A stretch of DNA of 64,000 nucleotides, from NCBI GenBank assembly GCA_008632985.1, contig QPGO01000061.1, forward strand, positions 310,001 through 374,000, written 5' to 3'. Both the position numbers and the translations under genes were made by a program. Of this stretch, positions 1 to 11,692 are shown piece after piece. A model generated the notes under the pieces. It saw only the letters and a list, made by a program, of their open reading frames with translations, was not told where the DNA came from and made no database searches. The stretch's first letter is position 1, and every line of letters starts with the position of its first letter. Origin of the DNA: Psammoneis japonica (lineage: Eukaryota).

Positions 1-984
1 GAATTACCTCGTCCGCCACCAATTATCCGGAAAGTAGTAGCAGCGCAACGGCGTGCGGCATTTGATCCAGACGAAGCAGGAAAGGAGAACGTTCGGTTAA
101 GAGAAGAGCTTGAGAGAGTGAATCAGTTACTTAATAATACATCACATGCCGCCAATGAACTAAAAGCACAGCTGAAAGACAAGGCCAAACAGTTGGAAGA
201 CTGCGTGGCGCGGGAAGACGAGATTGCAGAGATGGGTGGACTGAGCCGGGAGAACCTGACAAGCAGCAAGTGGCATGAAGACCATAGCAAAATGGCAAAA
301 CATCTCTGGGGTGTCGGATCATTTAAGGAAACAATGTGCTACATCACAAAAGTTTGGTTTCCTGATGTAGAGGAAAAACATGGAAAGGGAAAGGAGCACT
401 TTACCGAGGCGGAAGAGGTTCTTATATGCATGATGACGATACATCGAGATTATCGGGTCGCAACGTTGGGATCGATTTGGCATCGCGATGGCAACAGTTG
501 GTTTCCAAGAGTGGCACAGAAGTGGATGCCTCGCCTTGGTCAAGTTGGGCTTTACATGTCAATACTTGATTTGGACTTGATGCTGGATTACATACCAGCG
601 CATGTCGCATCGTGTAACAACGTGCCTCATTCTAGCACCAGCGATCCACCTCAATACACATCATACATCACGGCGACCGTGCCTAGAAAGTTCAAAGACA
701 AGGGGCATGAAAGAATCGCGGCGATTGTTGATGGCAAAATATTTATGACAGACACCGTGCGAGTCTGTACTGCTATTGATCGCTTGCTGTACAGCGAGAA
801 AACTGATTCAAGCGGCGGCCTTTTAATGACGTGGTCAGCTCCAACCAGTTTAGTATTTGAGCACACTGGTCTCTACTTTGGGCGATGCCCTGAGAACAGA
901 TTAATAGATTGTGGGGAACGGTTGACCCTGGCCAAATTTTGTTTGCGAACGAGCCATACTAGTGCTAGTTCTGGTAAAAGATGA
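1..984 (+). pseudogene. Truncated PIF/Harbinger-ISL2EU-like transposase (HTH_Tnp_4-like plus N-terminal half of DDE_Tnp_4)
   Basis: Frame is open from position 1. HTH-like segment FTEAEEVLICMM...LGSIW...KW, then IAAIVDGK...LYSEK...TWSAP...YFGRCPE, matching the first catalytic Asp region. No second D (DRGF) or E is seen before the stop at 984. Confidence 0.6.
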
Positions 985-1018
985 AGTAAGTAAACGTAAT
1001 ACAAATTACGAGCTGCAG

Positions 1019-4000
1019 TCAGCTAGACTCTTTTCCCTCTGCGATTTTTTGTAGATCCGCCACTTTCTTCTTTGCTCTGTTATCCCGAGCTGTTTCTTTT
1101 CTCTTTCGAGCGGCTAATTTCTTTTCTTCAAATTCTTCAAAGTGAGATTTGTTAGCCGGATGCAGATTTGGATCCGGGGCATGGTATGGGGCATAGAGAT
1201 TGGCACGCCCTTGCGAGTAGTTGATGGCATGATGCAGATACGGGAAATGACCACTGGGTATAACATCTCGAACATACGCATCATCAATTACTCGCGTGAA
1301 GACGCCTTCGCTCGACCATCGAAGCGATTTGATTCCTTCATCCTCACCCACCTCAGCAATGTCATAGTGCTTCCCAACAAGGTGTTTTGGGCAGATCATC
1401 TCATTGCCATTAGGATACAAGCAAGATGTGTTGTTGAAATTCTTGTCCCCGCATACTTGATCATCTTCTTCAATTTTTAGCAGACGGTCCTTTTGGCGGA
1501 TTATGGACGGGTCCGTCACGTGCGTCAGTTGCTTCAACAAACGATCGCGGCAAGGCTTTGTAATTTCAGCATAGTGAGAGAGGAGCGTCCTTGGCAGGTT
1601 TCCTGCCTTCACTTCTTGGTGCAAGCGCTCTAGCATCTCCAATTGCTGACGCTTTGAGTCGAGAGACTCATTCGGCCCGCCCTTGCCTTCGAGCTTTTCC
1701 TTGTTCATGTTTCTTATCTTGTCCAAAGTCACCCGATGAGCGAAGTCTCGCTCTGTCTCTGTCAGTTCGGCCCTCTTTCTAGCCTTTGCAACCATTGCCT
1801 CTGTATTGGCGCATATTTGTATTGTCGGAGTTCCATCGTCGGCTTCATTTTGAGCTGCCATCTCAATGTTTTCATCTTCGTGATACCTTTCTCTGGAACC
1901 GTGCGTCTCAAAGAATGCCAGAGTCGCTCTTCCCTCAGCTTTTACCTCCTTCTCCACTTTGCTAGACTCAAAAGCTCCGGCCTCAAAAGGGATGGGATAC
2001 GACTGATATGGTTTAATGGACTCCGGCATTGCTTCGGCAAGTGTGTCTGTGGTCCATTCTGTGTGCGCTTGTGCCAAGTAGATTGGACCTCCGATAAAAG
2101 CCAGGGAATGAGAGCAACCGTCTACGATGGGACACTCGCACCGAGAGCCAGGATATGGAATGTAGTCACCCGTCTCTTTCTCAAATGCAGAATACACCCA
2201 GTATGGATCCGATTTCTGGGACGGGGTCATTAGAATTCGAAACAGCAAAACGCTGCGGCCTGTTTCCTTGTGCCTTCCCTCTGTCACGGAGAAGGTGGAT
2301 ACGTTACAGTTGCCACCGTCAACACGTCGACAAGCACGATACCTCACACCATTTCGTTTTTTCTGATATATTTTATTGTTGATTGATTCGTCATTAATCT
2401 TCATAACTTTCCGTGCCGTGTGCATCACCTTTTTTTGATCCCATTGCCATTGCTCTCCTGCCGGAGGTAGTATGACCTGTTCAATTGAGAATGTTCCGGA
2501 ATCTTTACGCGACTCTGACAAGGAGCGTGGAACCGGCTGCAACCCGTTGGACCGTTTCATCTTATCTAAAGTGGCTCGTGCTGCTTCCTCAAGACGAGGC
2601 CGTGGGATGGTGCCAGCATGAGATGGTGGGAGGGTGCGCCGCTCCTGCAAAAAGGCTCTTATGCGGTTGACGTCAAGGAATCCAAGAGGAATTCCGCCAT
2701 TGTGTGGATCAACGTTGAGCTCAGCTAAGTGACTTATCATGTATCGGTTGTCATATAGAGGATATGGAATCCTCTCCTGTTCAATTGGTTTCCCTCCCCT
2801 TGCCCATATTTCCATCGACAGTAACTGATGATAGTCCGTGTCGCTCACGCCATTACTTTGAAGAAGGCTACCGAGAATAGCCGCGGGCGACTTTTCATAT
2901 CCAAGGCATCTTCCCCATCCTTCACCATTGTCCTCCGAAAACTGTGGGCGATCATATAGAGGCACTAGCTCAATGGCACCGTACGCATCCTTACTCGGCA
3001 GTTTCGACACGTCAATGTTGTTGGATCCTTCCTTTGGCGACAACCTGAAGACGGGGTGACCAAGGAACATGTTCATAGTACACTCTGCTTCTTCTGCAAA
3101 TCCTTTAGCAGGTTTCCCTCCATCATCAATGCCATGTGCTTTTGGCGGCCACTTGAAATTTGTTTCAATATCTGCGAGAAACTTTTTCTTATCAGTCGTA
3201 TTTACGTATCCTTCCATCGTCTCTGAAAAAGGCAAACTGTCTGGCTTGACATTGTAGTCACAACCACGAAAAGCAGGAATGGCATACTTGAAATCCTTCC
3301 AACGGCCACCTCCAGCACTCTCACGAGCATCGATATCAGCCGCCACCCATACAGCAGTCACCATTGTGGGGGTTTAAGTTGGTGATCCATTTCTCACCAT
3401 TGTACCCATACACGTCGCCATCCTCAGATTCTATATATGTGACAATCCCCAAATTTTGCATCTCCACGCACTGCGCTTCAGCTTCAATGGCAGCTTGCAT
3501 ATACGGGATTCCTTCTCAGTCGAATACTTTCTTGATCAGGAGCATAATGTCACCTCTTGGACAAACAATACTTTTCCACCTGTTCAGCACCTCGAGTCTA
3601 TCTTGTTCTGGCCGGTTCTGCTGAAGAAGAAACAATATCCTATCTTCAACAGGTCTTTTTCTGGCTCTACGCTTTGCATCAGTTCGCCATTTGAGCGGGT
3701 TGTGAGCGCCGTCAAAAACGTATACGGCTTCAATGCCGTTTTGTTTGTAAAGTCTGTTGTGACGCTGTACCAAAAGTTTTGCTGCTTGACCAACAGGTGT
3801 CTTCGGTGAGGCATACACTTGCCTTGCCGCTATTGGGTCGAGGAGGATCTTGTAAAGAGGAATGGACACGTCAATTGCAACCGTTTCTCCTCTAAGTTGC
3901 GACAAATTGTTCTTGGGTTTGTCATCGATCATGTCAAACTCGGGCCGGTGCACAATATCAAGATATAGGTTGTCGATGGTCATGGTCGCTACATCAGGTA

Positions 4001-4148
4001 CAGCAAGCCCAGAACTGATAGAGGCGCCAGTGGTGACGGGCTCCTGTTGACGGTAATGGAGATACACGTCTTCGGGTAGGTTGGGATGGGTCGAGCCGTA
4101 ATAAGAGCCGGTTAGTGCCGATACTTCCTGAGCCCGTGGAAAGCGCAC
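1019..4148 (-). pseudogene. XPG/Exo1-family (PIN-like) nuclease fused to a SWIM zinc finger; interrupted by a stop and a frameshift
   Basis: XPG-N motifs VAIDVS and YVFDG in 3516..4148. Reading through TGA at 3516-3518 gives XPG-I GIPYMQAAIEAEAQC...ESEDGD. After a frameshift near 3360 come the H3TH-like GCDY and SWIM CECPIVDGCSH in ORF 1019..3364. Confidence 0.7.
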
Positions 4149-4589
4149 GATAAAGGATGTGACTTACCCGATAAAAATCTCTTAGTTTCTATTGTTAAGA
4201 GCGCAAGTGGTGTCGGCGAGAGCAAGCTTCTTGTTGAACAGTGGTAACATCAAAAGAGGATGTCGCTAGCGGCCGTGGTTATGTCGTGGTAAAAAAATTC
4301 TGGCTGTGGAGGTGTCACAGCAATTCAGCCGCGCAGCGCGAAACAGGTTGCGTCTATACCGCATGCTTCTCTTGTTGGCCAAGTTATGCCTGTGACATCT
4401 CTTTTTTTTATTCTCTCTATCAAAAACTGAATCCGAATCTTCAAAGATAGGGGCATCATCGAAAGTGTTTGCTAAAATAGTGGCGCAGCAGCGGTTTTGC
4501 CTTTTGCTTGAAACGGTGTTAAACACCACCATCATCAACAACAACAACAACAAGTAGCGACGTGAAAGCAACAACAGATTGGAGCGATC

Positions 4590-6113
4590 ATGATTGTATC
4601 ATCAACAATTTCAAGACCGTTTCTTCTTCTTGGCACTTATTCGAATCATTATAATGTTCGCAACGCTTATCTTGCGCAGACGACTGCCCTCCTTCTCAGC
4701 AATAAAAATGACAATGTTGTCGTCTCAACGTCAGAATTATCTTTTCGAGCCAGATCGGTTGTTTACATGGGCAGTGCCATGATGCTTCATTTTGGTGGTT
4801 ATGAATTTATGCGCAATTCATGTCTCAGTCTCTTGACGAGTGATACATTGGGTAGTATTCTTTCTCATGCCGCCGTCTTTCCCCTGCTCAATGGTCTCAT
4901 TTCACCCTTTGGAATTGTAATGTTGGTGGCGTATTCGAGAATTTTGGAAAAATCGGGTCCCCGTACGGCATTGCGACAATCGAGTTGGTGCAGTGTGGCA
5001 TTTATTCTGACAACCGTGACGATTTTGTATGCATCACAACAATACCAGTGGCATGCGGTAGTGTCTCAACTCGTGATTGGCTTGGCCTTTTTGTTTCAAA
5101 ATACCTATCAACATTTGCTCTACACACAACATTGGAGCTTTGTGAGTTCCATTGTATCACCACAAGAGGGAAACAAGTGGTTTTCGGTATTAAATGGTTG
5201 CATTAGTCTCTTTTGCAGTCTTGTGGGGAGTTCCATTCACTTTATCGTTCCCCAAACGGGTTTGTTGGGACTCATGATGCTTGCGGCCGTGTTTTTATCC
5301 GCATCGCTCGTGTGTGGAGATCGAGCCTATCAATTGGCAGAACAACACGGCTTTGATCCAGACGAACACAACAAAATGCAAACTAGTAGTACTGGTGACG
5401 ACAATAATAAGAACCACCCAAACAAGGAGGAGAACCGAGTGACCAAGACTGTCAAGTTGTTTCGACGAACTCCAACCTTGCAAGCCTTATTGATGGAAGC
5501 TATATCCTACCAATGCCTGTCAACCATTCTCAACGTGGCATTTGTGCGGTCCTTAAAGGAAACAATTACAAATGATATTGCTCGATCCGCCTTTACGGGA
5601 CGTTTTTATTCGCTCATTAATGCCATGTCGACGGCGATTCAATTCTTTTTAATGCCATTTATATTGAAACGAGCCGAACAATCGACACTATGGAGAGTCA
5701 CACCCATTCTGCCATTGCTCTTTTGCGTTTTGCAAGTTGTCTTGCAATCTCATCAACTCTCCCTCACAGTGTTGGCGGCTGCCTTTTTTATAACCAAATT
5801 GACGGATTATGCGTTTCGGAGTGTCACTTACATTTTGGTTTACCAACCACTTGACTTTGAGGGTCGGTATTTGGGAAAAGAAACCATTGGACTCTTTGGT
5901 GGACGCTTGGGGAAATCGGGCATGTCCTTGCTGTTGAGCGGAATGACCGTGTTGGGATTGGCAAACATGAGCAACCTGACTCAAATGGCCTTGGCGTTTA
6001 GTGGCGTATGGACATGGTCGTGTCATTGGTTGGCACGGCTTGTTCCGTCCCGTACCGAGACACAACGCTTTGTCGAGGAACGGAACGAACGACAAGAGAA
6101 AAAGCAACGTTGA
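4590..6113 (+). CDS. NTT/TLC-like (ADP/ATP carrier-related) MFS membrane transporter
   Basis: 507 aa with many TM segments; C-terminal DYAFRSV..LVYQPLDFEGRYLGKETIGLFGGRLGKSG resembles NTT-family motifs. Confidence 0.7.
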   Translation: MIVSSTISRPFLLLGTYSNHYNVRNAYLAQTTALLLSNKNDNVVVSTSELSFRARSVVYMGSAMMLHFGGYEFMRNSCLSLLTSDTLGSILSHAAVFPLLNGLISPFGIVMLVAYSRILEKSGPRTALRQSSWCSVAFILTTVTILYASQQYQWHAVVSQLVIGLAFLFQNTYQHLLYTQHWSFVSSIVSPQEGNKWFSVLNGCISLFCSLVGSSIHFIVPQTGLLGLMMLAAVFLSASLVCGDRAYQLAEQHGFDPDEHNKMQTSSTGDDNNKNHPNKEENRVTKTVKLFRRTPTLQALLMEAISYQCLSTILNVAFVRSLKETITNDIARSAFTGRFYSLINAMSTAIQFFLMPFILKRAEQSTLWRVTPILPLLFCVLQVVLQSHQLSLTVLAAAFFITKLTDYAFRSVTYILVYQPLDFEGRYLGKETIGLFGGRLGKSGMSLLLSGMTVLGLANMSNLTQMALAFSGVWTWSCHWLARLVPSRTETQRFVEERNERQEKKQR

Positions 6114-7289
6114 GAATGAAAAACTTTCAAACGCGCTTCATGTTTGTCTTGTCACAATAGCATCCAGACGTTCGCAAATGACGTGGGCGACGTGTCTTTG
6201 GCTTTTATTATTGCTGCCTTCTCCAATCTTTATGAATGCCCAAACTTTTTGCAGTGGATTTCAATGGGTCAGTCTGTCCGCTCACATTGACCAACCCCGT
6301 TTGGAAATGTCATCTTTATCAAAAGTCATGATTGGTGCCACCGCAATAACATCGTTCTGCACTTCTTTATATCTTCAACAGTGTCCTTGTGTCTATTCAT
6401 CCTCTAGACGGATGGCCTGCTGTTACCCCAACGTTGGCTGGATCAGAAGCACTAGTTCTCTACTTATTTTAGCCGTGTGCATGGTGCGTTGGATGCTGAT
6501 ACATGCATCCCCTATATGATTGTGGCACTGTGATTGGTGCAAACGAGTTTGAAATTCAGTCGGCTACGGGAACGCGAATAAACACTTGGCAGTCAATCAA
6601 TCTCTAGAGAGTCTAGTTTGCGTAACGCTTTCGTTTAATAGCTCCCAAGCGTACAGAACAGGCTGGTCCGTGTTGGAAGTATTATTGTGGTTTGCTTGCC
6701 GTGCAACAAAAAGGTCACGTTTAGTCCTTTTGCCATGATGTTTTGGCACTTGGCATACAAATCATCATGGTTCTCCGTGTTTGGGTGCGTTGGATGTACG
6801 GTAGGGATCGCGAACGTCCGCGGATCGTTCCAAAACACAACCCTGTTCGTACTCGATTGCACGAGTGTAATTGTAGGATATGGCGAGATAATTCATTTGC
6901 TCTTTTGGTTGTAAGAATACACGATAAAGTTGTTGTTCAAATGTCAAAATACCGGAATTCAGGCTTAGGTTGTCCCTTTGCAGCGTAAAAACCAATGGGA
7001 CCGGTAAAATACGTGTAACCACAGCTCAGCGCTTTAACAAACCTTGAAGTAGTCCGTGCTAAGTTTAGGGTAATTGAACATGTTTCCAAAGATGTGATTG
7101 TATCCATCTAATGGCAGTGCTTTTCGTCTGTGAAGTATTGATCATCATTCGAAAAACGCAGTGGGGGGGAGATCATTGTCCGAAGCACAGATGGTCGAGA
7201 AAGGGTCAACCTTGGCATCATACTTCTAGAAAAGCCTTGTCAGCGACCCGAAAGGGTTTAGAGTCTTGCGCTTTGGTTAAAGTCTCATG

Positions 7290-9113
7290 CTACGAGAGAG
7301 CAACAAGCACAAGTCTCATGCTACTGAGCTCGGAAGCGTTTTTTGTCGTGCCATGTGTACGCGACCATACATCCATGTCGTCGCCTAGCGCTACATCGGG
7401 CGACCACCCGCAGCAGCAGAGTCTTATTGGTTCATTGTCTGGCAAGGATATCCACAATCCCAGTGCAGTCCATGCGGCAATGGTAACGATACTGAGTAGA
7501 TAACTTGGCAGATAGACTCGTGCAACAACCGCCGCCGTGTCTGCCATGGCGGGTTGTTGCGATTTGAGCAACACCACCACAATGAGTGCACCCGGCAATG
7601 CCGAATTGATTATAATCACCAATTTGGCTAAATTGGGACCTTGCCATAGATTGGCATATCCAGTAGTGCACAAGAGAAACCACAATGGCGGGAGTGACAA
7701 GGAGTCGACTCGTAATGAACCACACGAGTGGTTTGCGGCTTTGCCAAGACCGTTCTGTGCCGGAGGATGGTGATGAGCCATGGTGATGACGAGAGAGCTG
7801 TAGTAATCGCCTTGACTTTTTCGAATGGATTGACGAAAACGGACAATGGAGGATCGTCGTCGTAATTGGTTTGGTCCAAAGTTGGGGTCCGACATGATTG
7901 GAGATTCATGAAGAATCTCATCATCGTCGCTCCTCTCCATAGGAGTATTGTCTTTTTTACAAGAAGGATTGTCTCCGCTTTCTTTCTCTTCTACCGCTTG
8001 GCCTTCTCCACTCTCTTCGTCGTGTCGTCCCTCTTTGGATGCAAACGATGGTTCTTCTAATTCTTGATCGTTAGGAGCGTGACTCGAATCGTCCGTGTTA
8101 TCTCTCCACAATCATCCCCGGTATTGTTGTTGTTGTAATCGACCATGCACTCCTCTTCCACTGTGCCATCATCGTGCTCTTGTTGTTCATTCTCTTGTTG
8201 TTGTTCTGGAGGAACAAGACTAGCCGCCACCACCATTGTACTAATGGGCGAGGATGCTACCCAAGGTTTGAATGCGGCGCCGAGAAATCTCAAATACCCC
8301 CGGATCAAACAAGGCCTTTTGCAAGGGGGGGATACAGCCGTGATGAATCCAACACCATGGCTAGAAACCCGGACTCGTGCAGGTCTGCTTGATTCCTCTC
8401 CATATAGTTTCAAAAATGCCGCCATTGTTGTTGTTGTTGCTTGTATTGACTGTAACGACTTGTCGGTATCCAAAACTCCAAAAGAGCAAACTCCACGCAA
8501 AAAAGTATAGAAAAATCATTGTGTTGGAGTTTGCAACACAGGACGCGTACAAATCAGCGGCAGAATTATTGTCGTCCGTAGTAGTACCAAATGCACGGTA
8601 CACCACCTTGTATTCACACAGGGACGGAAAAATGAGAATGGGCAAGGCACGATATTGGGAAAGGTTGCTGCAATGCGAAGCGTTTCAAAGTTCTCTTTTG
8701 TAAATGGAATGGAATCGCCATGACCGTGGCGGTCAGGTACTAATTCCCAGTACGCCAAAAGCCGCCAACAAGACAAACCAATAGCTGCCAATTGTGGATG
8801 CTGTTACGGAATTGGCAATGGTGGAGTAAATCAGTGGTAGAACTAAAACGTGAAAACCAAACCGTGCCACGGTCCCGACCGCCTTGGAGGGAAGCAACGG
8901 TGCTTTGCGAGGGACTGTGTCAAAAAAAAAAAGAGTTGCAGCATGTGTTTTAGTCCTTCGATCCTTCATATGTAAGAACAATATAAACAGTTGTACAAGA
9001 ACCAAACAAACACTCTTACACTTTACAGCACAGTACCCGACAGCTCCAATCACATAGACTTTGCCGACGCTCTGTGCCGAAGCGAGAATCACAGATACCG
9101 TCGTGCTTGTCAT
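7290..9113 (-). pseudogene. Auxin-efflux-carrier (AEC/PIN-LIKES) family transporter, frameshifted
   Basis: SVGKVYVIGAVGY, LPLIYSTIA, FPNIV/PILIFPSLC and FLYFFAWSLLFWSFG plus C-terminal SALPGA...YLPSYLLSIVTIAAW are spread over several frames; intron near 8920-9020. Confidence 0.65.
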
Positions 9114-9429
9114 GATGTTTTCGTTTTCTTATGTATATCGGCAGAGAATCATGTCTTCTTGGTGAGTCTGCTGTGCTCCAAAAACTGAGAGCAAAATAGA
9201 AAATAAATCGAGCGGCTGTTGTGTCATGATGCTGTTTCACTTTGGACTTCGTTGGTCATTTTCTTTGCGAACCCTGACTCAGAACGCGAAGCACCATTTT
9301 TTAGTCCTATGAGTCGGAATCGCACATGCTGACGGACGGACGGAGGTTACCGGTAATCGGAACATGCGCATCATGCGGAGACGCATGTAGCATCGGCGAC
9401 GCCGTAACCAAACAGTCATTTCTCAACGA

Positions 9430-11550
9430 CAGTGGTTGTTGTTGACGACACTGAGACGACACACGCCATGTGTTCTGATTCAAGAGCCACCAGCAGTCTT
9501 TAGCAGTAATCTTGCTGCTGGCTGCTGCCTTTCAAGTGTTCTTCTTGCCAACAGCTGGAAAGCGTTCTTTGCAAGCAGGCCACCAAACCACGACACCAAT
9601 TGTCAACTCCACATGTCACACTCCATCCTGCAGGATTCCACTGTGGAGCATGCACAATCTCTGCCACAAGAACAAGACACCATCTTCATGGTTGCATGCA
9701 GCGCAGCAGGAGACCCCATCTTGTTCCACACAGCTGTGCAGCAGTTGGCGGCACACCACCCTTGTGGGGATGGGCTCCCGTGCTTGCCCCACTCTGGTGA
9801 TCCCCATCACAACTCTTCCAAAATCTCAATGTCAACACACTGACCTGGAATGGTTGGAAAAACCTTGACTTGGTTGAGAGCATCGAGTTGCTGGCTCCGC
9901 CTGCCAGAGCCGACTCTGTGGCAAAAACGAAGTTCCCCGTGCAATCACACCATTTCCACCTTTGCTTGCAAGCAGAGTCCAAGGCAAAGACTGCCAGCCA
10001 GCATCCAATCCATTGATTGTTCCCAAACAGGTTCCTCAAACATTTGCATCTCACCCCACTGCCCAAAGAAATCGTTTCACATGGCTTGCCTCCTTGGCGC
10101 CAAAGTTCCCATCAGCAAGCAAATGCCAAAGACACCAACAAGAAGCAAGACACAGCTTTCTCCCGCTGGAAACAGGATCTTGGTGAGATTGGACTTGGAG
10201 ATGACCCATCCATGGATGACCTCACTGTCTCCCAATTGCGCCGAACCCTTGGAGCCTTTGCAGCAGCAGCTGCCAGGGAAGGCAGAGACACTCCTCCAAA
10301 CGACTCAACATGCTGGTGGCAGGGGCCATCAGCACTGCCACAGATGATGTGGCATTGGCATTCAGGATTTGCAACAGGAAAAATCCACAACTTGACAAAG
10401 ATTGGCAAGCATCTTGCCTTCTGTTGTGGCACCAATGCTGAGGATGCAAGAACCAAGACGGTCAACAGAAACGACAAAAAGTGATCACAGCCACACTCCT
10501 CTGAGTCCTTGCCAGAAACTGTGTGACCTGCAAAGACACAGCCACAACATCAGCAATGCAGCAATCCTGCAAATGCTCCAAGACTGCTGGCAGTTGATGA
10601 GCCAAGCTGCTGACACTCAAGAGTCTCAGCTTCTTTTTCAAGATGGCAGAGAACTCTCACTTTCAGACCCAGACTTGGCCTCAGCAGACATGACATCCAT
10701 TGTGATCACTTTGACTGTGTCATGTGCTGTCTGCACCAATTGCAAGCTGTGGAGCCTGCAATCATCCACCATCCTGTCTGAGATGAGAGTGGCAGGAACA
10801 GCAATCAGAAAGTGGCATTTTGAATTTGGGGTGTGTGAAGCACACAAAATTGGAGCCCATTCCATTTGATCAGGAGCAGCAGTTGAAATGTGTCTCAACA
10901 ACACACCTGTGCATTCCGTCATGTTGGTTGGCATGTGGTCATTAGATGCCTTCCTTTTGCACATCCACAAACAAGTGCAACATTTCAGTGTCAGCATTTC
11001 ATCCCGCATGATCAAACACCAACACTTCTTCACAATCCCAGACTCCAATGCAGAAGATCCAAGAGCAAGAAATCACCATGAAGTCCAAGCCACTCACAAC
11101 AACAATGGCCCATGTCAAGTGCAACTCATGTCTGCAAAACAAGGCATGGAGGCTTTACACTGCACCCTGCCATTCCTTTGAATGAGAGCAGCTCTCCTTT
11201 GTTCCTCAGATTGGCAATCTTCTTGGCTGCCTCAGCTTTTTTTGTCAACAGCCAGGCAACTTTTTTCTTGTGCCAGGTTGCTGAAAGATGCTCCAGCTGA
11301 GTCTGGCAAAATGTTGATTTGTTGGCATTGAAGTTGTGTCTGTTTCTTGAGATTGTTGTCATCATCTTTTGATTTATGACTGAACAAAAGAGAGTGGCAA
11401 GTGGAAAAACCCTGTCCTTGTTGGTGTGCCAGACCCCACTGTGATGTGGCACCCCTTTTTGATCAGCACGTTTGACCCTCAACCAATGATGAGTGCACCC
11501 AAGCTGAACAGCAACTTGTTACCCAAGCCCATCACCACCTCACACGCGAC
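9430..11550 (+). mobile_element. Heavily mutated relic of a tyrosine-recombinase (DIRS/Ngaro-like) retroelement
   Basis: IGAHSI*SGAAVEMCLNNTPVHSVMLVGMWSLDAFLLHIHKQV (10850-10980) matches the YR C-terminal H-S-x-R...GRWxSDAFxxYIR pattern; the block is almost free of TpA and CpG. Boundaries approximate. Confidence 0.7.
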
Positions 11551-11692
11551 TTTCCCTCACCTTGGGTCATTGATGCCCGCGCAATATTTTCATTGTGTTT
11601 CAACAGCCCAGCCTGTTGACAAGTGGCCCTTAACTGCTTCTAGTTAGGCATCTATTTTTAACTGCAATGCAGCACTAATTCCTCATTGACGC

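Noticed and set aside
6200..7050. Possible gene fragment on the minus strand
   Set aside because: Short broken frames with no motif I can recognise.
9436..11482. Many short overlapping ORFs in the TpA-depleted blocks as real genes
   Set aside because: Explained by loss of TAA/TAG stops; no coherent domains beyond the YR relic.
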